Part shown: piece after piece, positions 13,403 to 23,493 of the stretch
How the letters are laid out: the number at the start of each line of letters is the position of its first letter
Position numbering within the stretch: the first letter of the stretch is position 1
Assembly: GCA_977862235.1 (NCBI GenBank)
Contig: OZ374559.1
Span: 2,232,001 to 2,296,000 of the forward strand
Origin: Dudresnaya verticillata
Lineage: Eukaryota
Direction: 5' to 3'
DNA length: 64,000 nt
Position numbers and translations under genes: made by a program
Notes under the pieces: generated by a model
Told to the model about the DNA's origin: nothing
The model's input: the letters and a program-made list of their open reading frames with translations, nothing else
The model's database searches: none

Positions 13403-13940
13403 GATCCCCTTCTAACCCGCGCCTTACGTCTAGCACACCCTCTTCTTTGAACTCATCCCACACTCCTCACCGAGGCTGTCGTTTGCCGAATCCGTTCGAC
13501 AAGTCGCCGCCTGGTTTCGGGAGTTCGATCGCTTGCTTCGAAGAACCGTTCGCAAAGAAAACAGCTCGCCTCTACGCAAACCGCCTTGAAGGTACACTTT
13601 CTCAACTTCTGAGAGCGCACCACCGATCTCAGGGTCCACGAAGGATCCTATTCGAAGCAGAAGTTATTTTCCTCGGAAAGTTCCGAGTCAACGATTGACC
13701 CTGTTCGAATCTTAAGGAGCTGGCATTATAGGAGTACGTTCAGAGATACAAACTTACATTCTAGGTTTGGCTTTGAGCGTAGACTCTTTTCTCCGACGAC
13801 GCTGACACTCCTTTCTCAACCGCTGTTTCGCCCATAGCACTGCCTAAGCCAGGTTAGTCCCACGTATCTACGACAGACCTCCACCGAGCCTCCGAACGTA
13901 TCTATCCCCACTAGCAACCAAGTCACTCCTTTGCAAAAAA

Positions 13941-14543
13941 ATGGGAAAGATCAAACGTCCTAACGAGCGATCATTCGAAAGGATCTGCATGGAGGTGCAG
14001 AGGGCATGCATAGATCCGTGGAATGCCGCCCTGCTAAACAGAGAGGCCTTCCATACTCCTTCTTTCTCTGAGAACAGTAATGAAATTGAGAAAATTGAGT
14101 CTCTTCTCACTCTCACAGCGAACAACGTCCCGAACGCCACAATGCGTCTTACCAAAGTCCAGAAGGATAGCTGCTGCCAGAGGGTTTTCCAGGCCATTCA
14201 GTTTCGCTTAGAAAGCTCTGCCCTTGCTATTGTGAACGAGGAAGACTACAAGAAGGTTGTCAGGAACCTTATCCGTTGCTGGGAGAACCACGTATTGAAC
14301 ATCAGCTGGTTTTCTCTATTCAAATGTGTCTTGTATTCTGGGAAGGATCAGGAGCAGGAAAGGTTTTGCGTGACTACAAGCATGTTCAAGCGGTTCTATG
14401 TGTTGAAGGCCATTGGAAGCATAACAATTGCGATTTCGAAGCTAACAGGAACTGATGCTGAGACAGTCTACCTGCTGGGGAAAGCCCGTGAAGTGTACGG
14501 AGACATTGGGGAGACTATCATTGAACCCACATCCCGAGCTTGA
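13941..14543 (+). CDS. Truncated cullin N-terminal-repeat-like protein (200 aa)
   Basis: VVRNLIRCWENHVLNISWFSLF and FKRFYVLKAIGSITIAISKL..LLGKAREVYGDIG resemble CUL1 repeat motifs (LVKRW.NHK.MVRW..FF; LLKNVLDIYVEIG). Recognised by eye only. Confidence 0.5.
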   Translation: MGKIKRPNERSFERICMEVQRACIDPWNAALLNREAFHTPSFSENSNEIEKIESLLTLTANNVPNATMRLTKVQKDSCCQRVFQAIQFRLESSALAIVNEEDYKKVVRNLIRCWENHVLNISWFSLFKCVLYSGKDQEQERFCVTTSMFKRFYVLKAIGSITIAISKLTGTDAETVYLLGKAREVYGDIGETIIEPTSRA

Positions 14544-15352
14544 ATTGACCAGCGCGAAGGGGAACACAGAGTCGGAGCGCCGATAAGTACAGAAGCGTGT
14601 AAGAACTCTTCATCGACTTCTGGGAAATCGAGATGGGCCGTGTTGCACATACACTGAGAACTATGTTGGAAAAGGTTCCCATGTGACACATGTCTCTGTG
14701 CAAACGGATCTGGGCAGGACGCCCACTGCTTCTGTGAATCTGCAAATGTTTGCTACCGGTTGGAAATGAAGCATACTGTTGATGTTGCCGACCAAGGACA
14801 TGCAACGGAAAGGGGCTACGGGCGTCGAAAACGGGAAGAAAGAACGCTGAAGGTGGTTGTATTCTGGCTTGTGGTTCGACAGGCCTGAAGAAATGGATGC
14901 AGCAAAGAAGCAGATACAGGAGTACTTCCCAAGCCTGCTCTTTTGTTAATCGTGCTATCACACCCAGAGCGACATGAATACCTTCTTCACCATCGTAGTC
15001 TCTCCAAAGATCCTGCAGTACAACTGAAATTTGCCAGCTATGCCTGGACATTTACTTCGCAATTGGGAAGTTTTCGACTGTGGTGCGTAGCGAATGATGA
15101 AAATTTGCTCTCAGTCAGAGGGAAAACTCTATGAAGTTCTCCGTATTTCATTGTTTCGATAAAGATCCTGCATGTGTGTGTTCTATTGATGCGTACAGTC
15201 TACAAACGCAGTAGTTGGCTCACCAGCTGGTAGTTTGCAGTCTGCCGTTGGGGTTAGCCACCTTAACTTTGGCATCATTTCGACCGCGGAGGCGACAGGC
15301 TGGTCGCAATGCTTGGGTGACTCTACCGTAGCTATCTAGGTCGACTGGGAAA

Positions 15353-15640
15353 ATGTGCGTGTCCTCACTCGCAAGTAGTTCAAGTAGGGCGAAACGTAAC
15401 CATTACCACGCTGTTTGTGATCAACATGACATCGAGCTGCACCCGATGGTCATTAATATATATGGGCGCAACGGTGCTGGCTTCGACATCGGCGCTCAAG
15501 TCTTCGCCAACTTTCTTGCCGAAAAGAAAGGCACTTGCCCGCTTGCTGAGAAACATGCTCTCTTGAATCGTCTTGTCTCCTTTGTTACGCAGTTTGTCGC
15601 CGTTAGCGTCAATCGTCGCCGCTTGACTCCTACAGATTAG
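15353..15640 (+). mobile_element. CRE-type 3'-end fragment (RLE tail)
   Basis: KRNHYHAVCDQHDIELHPMVINIYGRNGAGF..EKHALLNRLVSFVTQFVAVSVNRRRL parallels the C-terminus of ORF 29036-29986. Confidence 0.75.
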
Positions 15641-15700
15641 CCTCCTATGTAGTGCTTAAGAGTCTCCAGTAGGGATGCTCTAACTTCATGCTTTCGTAAA

Positions 15701-17635
15701 GTGATGATAAAGTTTGTTCAACAAAGTTTAGAGTGTACTTGCCTCGGCATCAACGGTCTATTGGCAAACACACTGCGTATCTATAGCTGGCCCCATCGAG
15801 CTGTGGTGGGGTCGTCGGAGGATGTAGCATGTTGGAGGCCCGTGCGACGTATTTGTTCAATTGCTTGGCCTACTGGGGCAAGGGAGGTGTGAGTTGGGTT
15901 CGGGTGAGCCAGCAGGTTCAATAGGGGTGGTAGGCTGCGGAAGCGGTGGGCGGCTGCCGGGTTGGGGGGAGGGATCGGGAACGTCCCTAAGTGCCATCGT
16001 ATGGCGAGAATTCGATGAGCGGTGCATTGCAATTGCAAGGCCGGCGCAAAGCGTGTTGAAGTGTAAACAGGGGCGGGCCGAGTCCCAGCCAGTGTGCGGG
16101 TCAAGATTGCAATTTGGGCTCGGTGAAGTTGGGGGGGCATTTGTGGGGAGAGGATCGTATTCCGCAGGCCATCAATTCCCGAGATCTTGGCGGCGTGGAG
16201 CGCTGATGCTGCAGCCCAGGACACTTTCGGGGTAGTGGAATAGCAGAGTTGTTGGAGCCGGCGTGCTAGGGAATGTTGTAGCTGTCGGCGGCGATGGGGG
16301 GAGTCTGGGATTCTAAAGAGTGCTTGCAGCTTTCTCAGCCTGTGTGGGGGCTTGTAGTGTGTCCGCTGACCAATTGAGACCCGGAGGAAGAGAGCCTGGA
16401 CGCTGTCCATGTTTGTTTCGAGTTCGGGGGGGTGTGGGGTAAAAGCCAGCGCGCACTCGATAATGAGACTGACAAACGTGCGGTAAATGAAGTGAGCGGC
16501 ACTGGGCGCATTCGGGGAGTGATGTGTCCTGCGCTGGCCAGCATACAAACTGTTCTTTTTGCGGTCTGAATCCGGTTGAGCATGGACTGGGGTCCAATTC
16601 TATTGCGAGTTCACTCGACTCCTAAATAGTGTGCGCTTGGGACCGCCTCGATGTACGTTCCAGCAATACGGAACCGCGAGGAAGACGGACGTAGACGGTG
16701 TCGTGTTGGGAGGAGGAGGTGATATTTTGTTTCCGACCATGTCATGCAACTGCGCTGGGCCTAATCGTCGCAGATTTTCAATGCCTTTCTTAACTCTTGT
16801 GGGGAGTTTAGATGCAGAAGGCAGTCGTCCGCCACAAGCCGACCGGGGAGGCGTGCTGATGGACGTTGGAGCTTGGAACACAGTTCTGCGGCTAGCGGTT
16901 CGATGTAGATGTTAAACAGGTCTGGGCTCAGGGGAGAGCCCTGTGTCACACCTCTGTGGACTGTTCCAGTGCACCGAGAGCTGTCGCCTACCGTTCGTAC
17001 AGCGAGGGGACCAAGAGTGGCTGCCATCATACGAGTTTAGGCGATCAGGTAGAATCTGTTCGCAGAGCTTAACGATTTGAGACGGTCAACTCGGTCGTAT
17101 GCACTCTTGATGTCTAGAATAGCGACGTAGTGATCCCCGCACTTCATGGAGTGTTGGGCTAGGACAATGGCCATTTCCGTGCGGAGCCCTGCTTGGAAGC
17201 CCAGCTGCATTAAGTGTGGGGTGAAATGTCGTTTGACTTCATAGGCGATCGCGCGGTCAAACACCTCGCGTATGTGTGAGAGTAAGCAAATTGGTCTATA
17301 GTTTGCTGGGTCATCTCGCGAGCCGCGTTTGTGAATTGGAACCAGTAGCCCCTCGCCCCACTCTACGGGAAAGATTGAAAAGCGCCCGCAAACTTGCCAC
17401 ATTACCATGAGGAGGTCCACCGCCAGCTCCGGGACCAGTAGTAGCATTTCGACATGGACGTTGTCGGTACCTATTGCCTTTCCGCGCGGGGAGGCTCGAA
17501 GGGCCCTTGCAAGACTGTTACGAAAATGTTGTGGTACCTCGAACGTCTTGGGTGTAAGGTTGGTGGGCAGGGCTGGGTGTTGTTGTGCGGTGACAAATTC
17601 CGTGAAGATCCGGGGGGAGAGCCTTGGTCCAGAGC
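15701..17635 (-). mobile_element. 5'-truncated LINE RT, copy 2 (inverted relative to copy 1), with TSD
   Basis: Same RT motifs as copy 1 (LDIKSAYDRV, GVTQGSPLSP, LVADD). Flanked by TAAAGTGATG at 15697-15706 and 17636-17645. Confidence 0.92.
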
Positions 17636-17739
17636 TAAAGTGATGTTTACCCGAAGTGATTGTTGTATAATTTTACTCAACCTGATTTAGAGTTACCCCC
17701 AAGTAGTTCACGATAAAACAATAAAATTTTAAATAAAGT

Positions 17740-19870
17740 TCTTTCCTCCATTGCATCTGATGGGCGTACAATTGGCTTCAATGTCAACATGGCCAAGACT
17801 TGGGCGTCGTGGCCTTCTCTTATCTCCCCCATCCCAGACCTGCCGTGCTCTGTTCGTCCTACTTCCGCAAAAATCGTTGGAGTGCCACTTGGCCCCCAAA
17901 CGCTCGAGCACGCCTTCAGAAAGCTCGCATCTTCGATTCCTTGCTCCGCGATCGGTTGACGACACTGTGGGATCCTCAAATTGCTTTTCATATCCTCCGT
18001 GTTAGTTATGGAGTTAGTAAGCTATCGTTTCCCCTTCGTACTGTGCCACCGCACCGCGCTGAGGCCGACTCGTTCGACCGGAGGCAGTGAGGCACGTACG
18101 AAGAGACACACCGTCCCCTTACGGGCCCAGCATGGTGCCTAAGGCCAGGCCTGGCCACGCTTCCTGTTCGTTTTGGGGTCTTGGAATATCAGCTGCAGTT
18201 GATATTACACATGCTACTTATGCCAGCCCATTGCTTCACGTCCATTCAGCCCTTCGCCTTCCACCAAGCCGCTCGGAGATTTCGCTTCTCCTGACATATG
18301 CCCGGTTGACCGAACCATCACTGAAGCTCTGCTTCCTCTTCAACACCTTTCTATACTACCGCTAGATCTCCAACCGGCAGCTCTAATGGTGAAGGCTGTT
18401 CAAGGCAATGGTTCGGTTCCTGGGATTTAATCGCCTGTTGCAGATAGTATTGTAGCTGCCCGCGCAGCTGTACTCTGCTGTCCACCGTTCTCCTCGTATT
18501 CTTCTACAGTGCAAAAAGCGTGCATTGCTCGTCTTCTGTCCTGCAGCACGTCTGCATTCAGCGTGCCCTTTTCTGCCCTCCCGAATACCTATCGCGGTAC
18601 TCGCTTCACCCCGGAGGAATGGATTTCTGCGTGTGATATCCGCCTAGGCAACCCGGTTTTCACCAGAACTACTCGTTGCCCCCACTGTCTACTCACGCGT
18701 GGTGTGTCGCTCCTCTACTTGATCCTCTCGGGCAACATGCCATCACCTGCGCTAGGCGCGAAGGCGCTATCCGGCGTCATAACACCTTACGTGATATTCT
18801 GGCCAACGAATTCTGCCAGTTGGGCTTGCGTCCGATATATGTTCAGTACTCGTTTCTCGCTGAACGTCATCTGCTTCCTAGAGCTCGCCGCCGTATGGAC
18901 GTGGTGGTTCCTATTTCTGCCTTTCACCCCCGCCTTCAGGCCTTTGATGTTACTGTGGCGGGCCCGTTTGCTGCAAATTACTGCACTGCCGCCTCTCACT
19001 TGGGTGGAGCCGCATTGACGCTCGCTGAACACCCCAAACGGGCACATTACCAAGATCCCCTAGATAGCGAGGGGATGGGTTTCTACGCTGTAGGTATAGA
19101 CTCGTACGGCGCCATAGGCGCTGAGGCTCGTCAGGCGTTACCTTCCATTCATTGACAGCAGGGATAGGAACAATCTCCCGCTGTATTACCTTATGGTGCG
19201 TATACTCTTCTCACGACGAGGTCCTCCTATCCTTGAAGGATGCTCTTGTTATACTGCACAATCCTGTGGCTGTTAGAAGGCTATTCATACTTTACAATCG
19301 GTCTCTACAGTACCTGGCTCCACTTATATCTTCTATATGGTTTTACTACTCCATCTGTGCACATTTCTCTGCGCATATGCACACTACTGTGTATTCATTG
19401 TATCTTGATGTAATTGTTATAGAGAACCCGTATTTTGTTGTAATGTGCTTATTAGAGCCCCTGCTGATAGTGGGCTAGTTTGGATACGTCTGCAGTTTTA
19501 GGTAGGTTTACGCAGATCAAATTCGCTATAAGCACCACAGGCTAGAGTAAACGAGCCGACTCTACCAATCAAGTCGGACAGAAAAACCCCACAGCCAGCA
19601 ACACAATATTCTCTATTCAACTCAACCTGCCACTCCTCGCCCAATAAGGCGCCCGCTGGTCGCCATTGGCCGCTCTATGTCCGAACAGCGAGGGAGTAAC
19701 CCTTCGGACGAAACGCAAGCGCTCACCAATTCGCATTACATCTCACCTTCTCCGCTTTCAAGCGCTAGCAATCAATCACCGTCGTCTTGCCCTTCATGTA
19801 GGTCCTTGAGTAGACCGGGCGACCTAGCGCCCTTCGCACCCTACCATAAAGTATCCCATCTCTGTTCACA
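17740..19870 (+). mobile_element. CRE-type retrotransposon 3' half (RT thumb to RLE), degenerate, interrupted at 19150-19662
   Basis: GFNVNMAKT..IVGVPLGP..DPQIAFHILRVSYGVSKLSFPLRTVPP, then CPHC..DPLGQHAITC..RRHNTLRD..RMDVVV..FDVTV. Close paralogue of 28870-30030. Confidence 0.85.
19150..19662. mobile_element. About 510-bp insertion, probable solo LTR, in the CRE copy
   Basis: Absent from the paralogous copy at ~29820. Flanked by CCATT (19145-19149, 19663-19667), with imperfect termini TGACAGCAGG...CCCGCTGGTCG. Confidence 0.65.
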
Positions 19871-19901
19871 ATAATACTAGCAGATACCTACTGAAAGTAG
19901 A

Positions 19902-20065
19902 ATCTTAAGTAGGGAGCATCACAGCACTACACTAAGCAAAGCCACAAGGTAGACAAGGAAGCAGCAATAGCTCAGTGGTTTCTTTTCGCTTGGTCCGCCA
20001 TGGCAGTCGTGGGATCGAGTCCCGCGGGTGCATGCTTTTGCGAAGCTGGAGAGTAGTCTACGTAC
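19902..20065 (+). mobile_element. tRNA-derived SINE-like repeat, copy 1
   Basis: A-box TAGCTCAGTGG (19968-19978) and B-box-like GGGATCGAGTCCC (20011-20023). Other copies at ~28323-28480 (+) and ~30368-30435 (-). Confidence 0.65.
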
Positions 20066-20795
20066 TGTACCTTGGCTATATCCAGTTTGCGTAGGCCTCA
20101 ACCCCTCATAGAACCCAAAATGTACCAAAAATGACAACAGCCTCCTGTAGCTTGCGAACCATGACCGTATCCAAGCAGCTCAAGCCGTATTGTTAGTACA
20201 TTAGTTGAATGAGGCTCACCTTGTTTATCGCACCTACTGTATCGTCTTTGCATATTTAGACTGAGGCTCTGATAGAGTTTTCCGTCTACTCGGAACCTGT
20301 TCCACTGCTGTTATAGAGCAGTTCGGCAGTTTTGTGCGTTCTGGAAGTAAAGAAGTTGCAAAGGTTTCTTTTTCTTCTGTAATCCGCTCCATCTCTGATT
20401 TTTGCAATCGTTCCTGTTGCAGCCCACGGCCAATATTTCCTGCATCCGTCGACGACGCTGGAGACAGATGGATTCTATGCCGGCTTGTATTGAGGTGTCC
20501 CATTAGACATGGACAAGTGTCCCAATGGCAGACACAAGGGAGTCATACGTATGGCAGGAGAATCCTTGGCGTTGCTGGAATGTCTTGGCGAGGTCAGATA
20601 CCAAGGATTTTCAGAGTGCGAGGAAAGTCGACGTCGAGCGGTAGAGTACGAAGTAGTCTCATAGCAACGTACCATTTTAGCAGCCTCTCATTGGTCACCA
20701 GAGGGGCAAAGTGGTGGAGTGATATATCGCCGCTCATTAATTTGACCTGGAAAAATTCTGATCACCTGGAAAAATTCTGATCACCAGTCTGTTAC

Positions 20796-21240
20796 ACAGT
20801 CTGTCTGATGCATCATCATCATCACAACTTTCTTGAAGCAAGACGAACAAATGGAGACCCTAATGACTTAGCCGCTGATGACTACTGGAAGGCCTGGTCT
20901 GATGCATCGCACATCGAGTTCTCGCCATACGATGGCACTTAGGGACGTTCCCGATCCCTCCCCCCCCCCCCCCCCCAACCCGGCAGCCGCCCACCGCCTC
21001 CGCCGCCTACGACCCCTATTGAACCTGCTGGCTCACCCAAACCCTACTCACACCTCCTTCGCCCGCGTAGGCCAAGCAATTGAACAAATCCGTCGCACTG
21101 GCCTCTAACACACTACATCCCCCGACGACCCCACCGCAGATCGATAGGGCCAGCTCTAGATACGAACTGTGTTTGCCAATAGGCTGTTGACGCCGAGGCA
21201 AGTGTACTCTAAACTTTGTTGAGTAAACTTTGTCATCACC
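20796..21240 (+). mobile_element. LINE 3'-end fragment (copy 3) with 16-bp TSD, carrying a nested insert
   Basis: 20909-21240 matches 11540-11858. TSD ATCACCAGTCTGTTAC at 20780-20795 and 21235-21250. Confidence 0.9.
20815..20897 (-). mobile_element. Short (TGA)n-tailed retroposon 3' end, nested insertion
   Basis: Near reverse complement of 37321-37405. TSD TCTGATGCATC at 20804-20814 and 20898-20908. Confidence 0.88.
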
Positions 21241-21422
21241 AGTCTGTTACTCGATGGTGGCTGTAGCGATCTATAACTCGAACTCGGGCATGGCGGCCTC
21301 GAGCACGGTTTGGAATCACCAGGCCGGAATTCATCAAGGGCTTCCGAGTGCTCCAGAGCTTCGTTGAGATTCTCGACATTGCAAAGCTGCAAGTCTGTCC
21401 ATCTCAGTCACACAAGCAAGAA

Positions 21423-22541
21423 ATGCAGGTTCTGTCGTTCGCCCCCGCAGTGCCGATTTCAGCACCAACTTCTCCCAATTGGTCTATTGGAGCAAGAAAG
21501 TGTACATCCAATTCTCCTGGAACTAGTCCATGTTCCGTTTCCTTTCCATCTTGGAAACTAAGCGCAACGGGGAATAGGGAATCACTCCGAGACTTCCCAG
21601 AAAACCCTCAAAATGTACAGAAACGGGGCTCGGGGGGGAAGCCGATCAAGATATTCGACTCAACTCTTCGGGACGGTTGTGCATCTCTAGGGCATGATCT
21701 ATCTCGTGTACAACAACTCAAAATTGCTCGAGAACTTTGCAGAGCAGGTATCGACATCATCGAAGTTGGAACGCCTTCGTCAGGGCAAAGAAAGTATGAT
21801 GCCGTTGCAGAAATCGCTTCAGACGTCGGAACATCAACCAATGCGCCTGTCATATGCGCTTTGGCGCGAGGCTCGCAGCGCGAAATTGAAAGATGCTTCA
21901 AGGCCCTTCAGTCTGCTGCCCAACCAAGGATCCACACATACCTTGGCACATCAACGGTACATACTAGCAGCGGTAATCCAAACATGGGACGGAATCGTGT
22001 GCTAGAGAAAACTTCGAGGGTAGTATCGTACTCCAAGCAGTTTTGTGACGATGTTCAGTTCTCCGCCTTCGACGCTACTAGGACGGATCCAGAATTCCTT
22101 TGCAAAGTGTTTTCTCGAGCTGTGGAGGCCGGCGCAACTACTCTTAGTGTGCCTGACTCCGTGGGCTGTGCTTCCCCGCACGAGATTGGTGATTTGATAC
22201 GTTTTGTGATGATGAATGTCCCAGGAATCGAGAAACTCACAGTTTCTGTCCATGCTCACAACAAAAGGGGTCTAGCTGTTGCGAACAGCTTAGCCGCAAT
22301 TGAAAATGGCGCAACACAAGTCGAATGTACACTTGGAGGTATCGGAGAGCCATGTGGAATGGCTAGCTTACATCAAATAGTTGCTGCTTTGCATGAATCG
22401 GAGCATTTGGCGCATTCCATAGATATGGACCTGAAAAATGGTACTGGTCCTGCTACCCCCGTGTCACTCAAGGATGCCTGGAAGTTGACTGCCATGCTAC
22501 AGGATTATTTCAAGGCGGAAAGGGGTTCAGGGATAGCATAA
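21423..22541 (+). CDS. 2-isopropylmalate synthase-like (DRE-TIM) protein, catalytic barrel only, probable plastid transit peptide
   Basis: IKIFDSTLRDG, GIDIIEVG, PRIHTYLGTS, DATRTD, PDSVG, VHAHNKRGLAVANSLAAIENGATQVECTLGGIGE. Ser/Pro-rich N-terminus MQVLSFAPAVP from ATG 21423. Confidence 0.88.
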   Translation: MQVLSFAPAVPISAPTSPNWSIGARKCTSNSPGTSPCSVSFPSWKLSATGNRESLRDFPENPQNVQKRGSGGKPIKIFDSTLRDGCASLGHDLSRVQQLKIARELCRAGIDIIEVGTPSSGQRKYDAVAEIASDVGTSTNAPVICALARGSQREIERCFKALQSAAQPRIHTYLGTSTVHTSSGNPNMGRNRVLEKTSRVVSYSKQFCDDVQFSAFDATRTDPEFLCKVFSRAVEAGATTLSVPDSVGCASPHEIGDLIRFVMMNVPGIEKLTVSVHAHNKRGLAVANSLAAIENGATQVECTLGGIGEPCGMASLHQIVAALHESEHLAHSIDMDLKNGTGPATPVSLKDAWKLTAMLQDYFKAERGSGIA

Positions 22542-22941
22542 AAATAATGTACTACATCCGTAGCCTGTTCATGTGTCATGTAGTGGAGTGCTCATGACAA
22601 TCGCGGCACGAGTTCGCATGTACGTCTATCATTCCAAAGCGTAAATCGCCTTCATAGTTCTCACTGGAACTGGGACAGGGCGGAACTTTAGTAAAGGAAA
22701 TGAATTCCGCGTAGAGAGAGGAAACCTTTATAAGTAGAAGCCGGATAGGGATGCTAGTTCACCCTGGAGCCACACGGCCAAGAGATGGCAAGTCGACGGT
22801 AGTTGATGGCTAAAGAAGTTTTTTAAGGGGGATTACCCAATGTAATGGAAGAGGATGGCGGCCAACCAAGTCAGGTCGATCGACTGCAACTGCAACTCAC
22901 TGGATGAGTCCCCTCGCTGTATGCGGTATCATTGGCAAAAG

Positions 22942-23493
22942 TCAAAAGAGAGCACAGTCGTGTAGAGCGGACACGGTGATATGCGGCAATGCACCTGTAG
23001 TACGCTTTTGGTACCATTGCCAAGACTCCTTGTCTGCTTTCTCCAACATGATTCCAGCGAGCTCTCGGTCAATGCGCGTAAGGTCGTAGTCTTGTGGGTC
23101 TATATGAGCACGACTGTCAACGCAGTCTTTCAAATGCTGCTCAGTAGTGTTGTTGACATCACTGGCGGGAACCCAATCGGTGGTGGTGAACAGTTCCAAG
23201 ATAGACTTCTCAATTGAGTTGCGCAAAGTCGTCAGCGGAACCTGAACACCGGTCTCGGCGTTCTTCTCAGTCACCTATCTTTCATATACTTCGCGTCTCT
23301 CCTTGAATACAACGAAGTCCACGATTGAGACATCCTTGAGCGTATGCACCGTTCGCAGGGCGAGCTGCTTTTCAGGAAAAAGCGCTGATACTCTTGTGTT
23401 GGGGCGTGATTCTACCAGGAATACTTTCGCATAAGAACCACTGCCAAGCAATTGCTTCACCTCAAAATCGGAACGGTGAATCGATAAAGCCAT
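22942..23493 (-). pseudogene. Protein kinase N-terminal fragment fused to gag-like sequence
   Basis: DFEVKQLLGSGSYAKVFLV..KQLAL (subdomains I-II), then unrelated sequence with an in-frame stop. No HRD or DFG motif. Confidence 0.6.

Noticed and set aside
19961..20035. Functional tRNA gene
   Set aside because: Acceptor and anticodon stems do not pair properly and it is part of a dispersed repeat, so it is treated as SINE-like.
20234..20700. Possible Gypsy RT N-terminal relic on the minus strand
   Set aside because: Only faint resemblance, with no RT core motifs.
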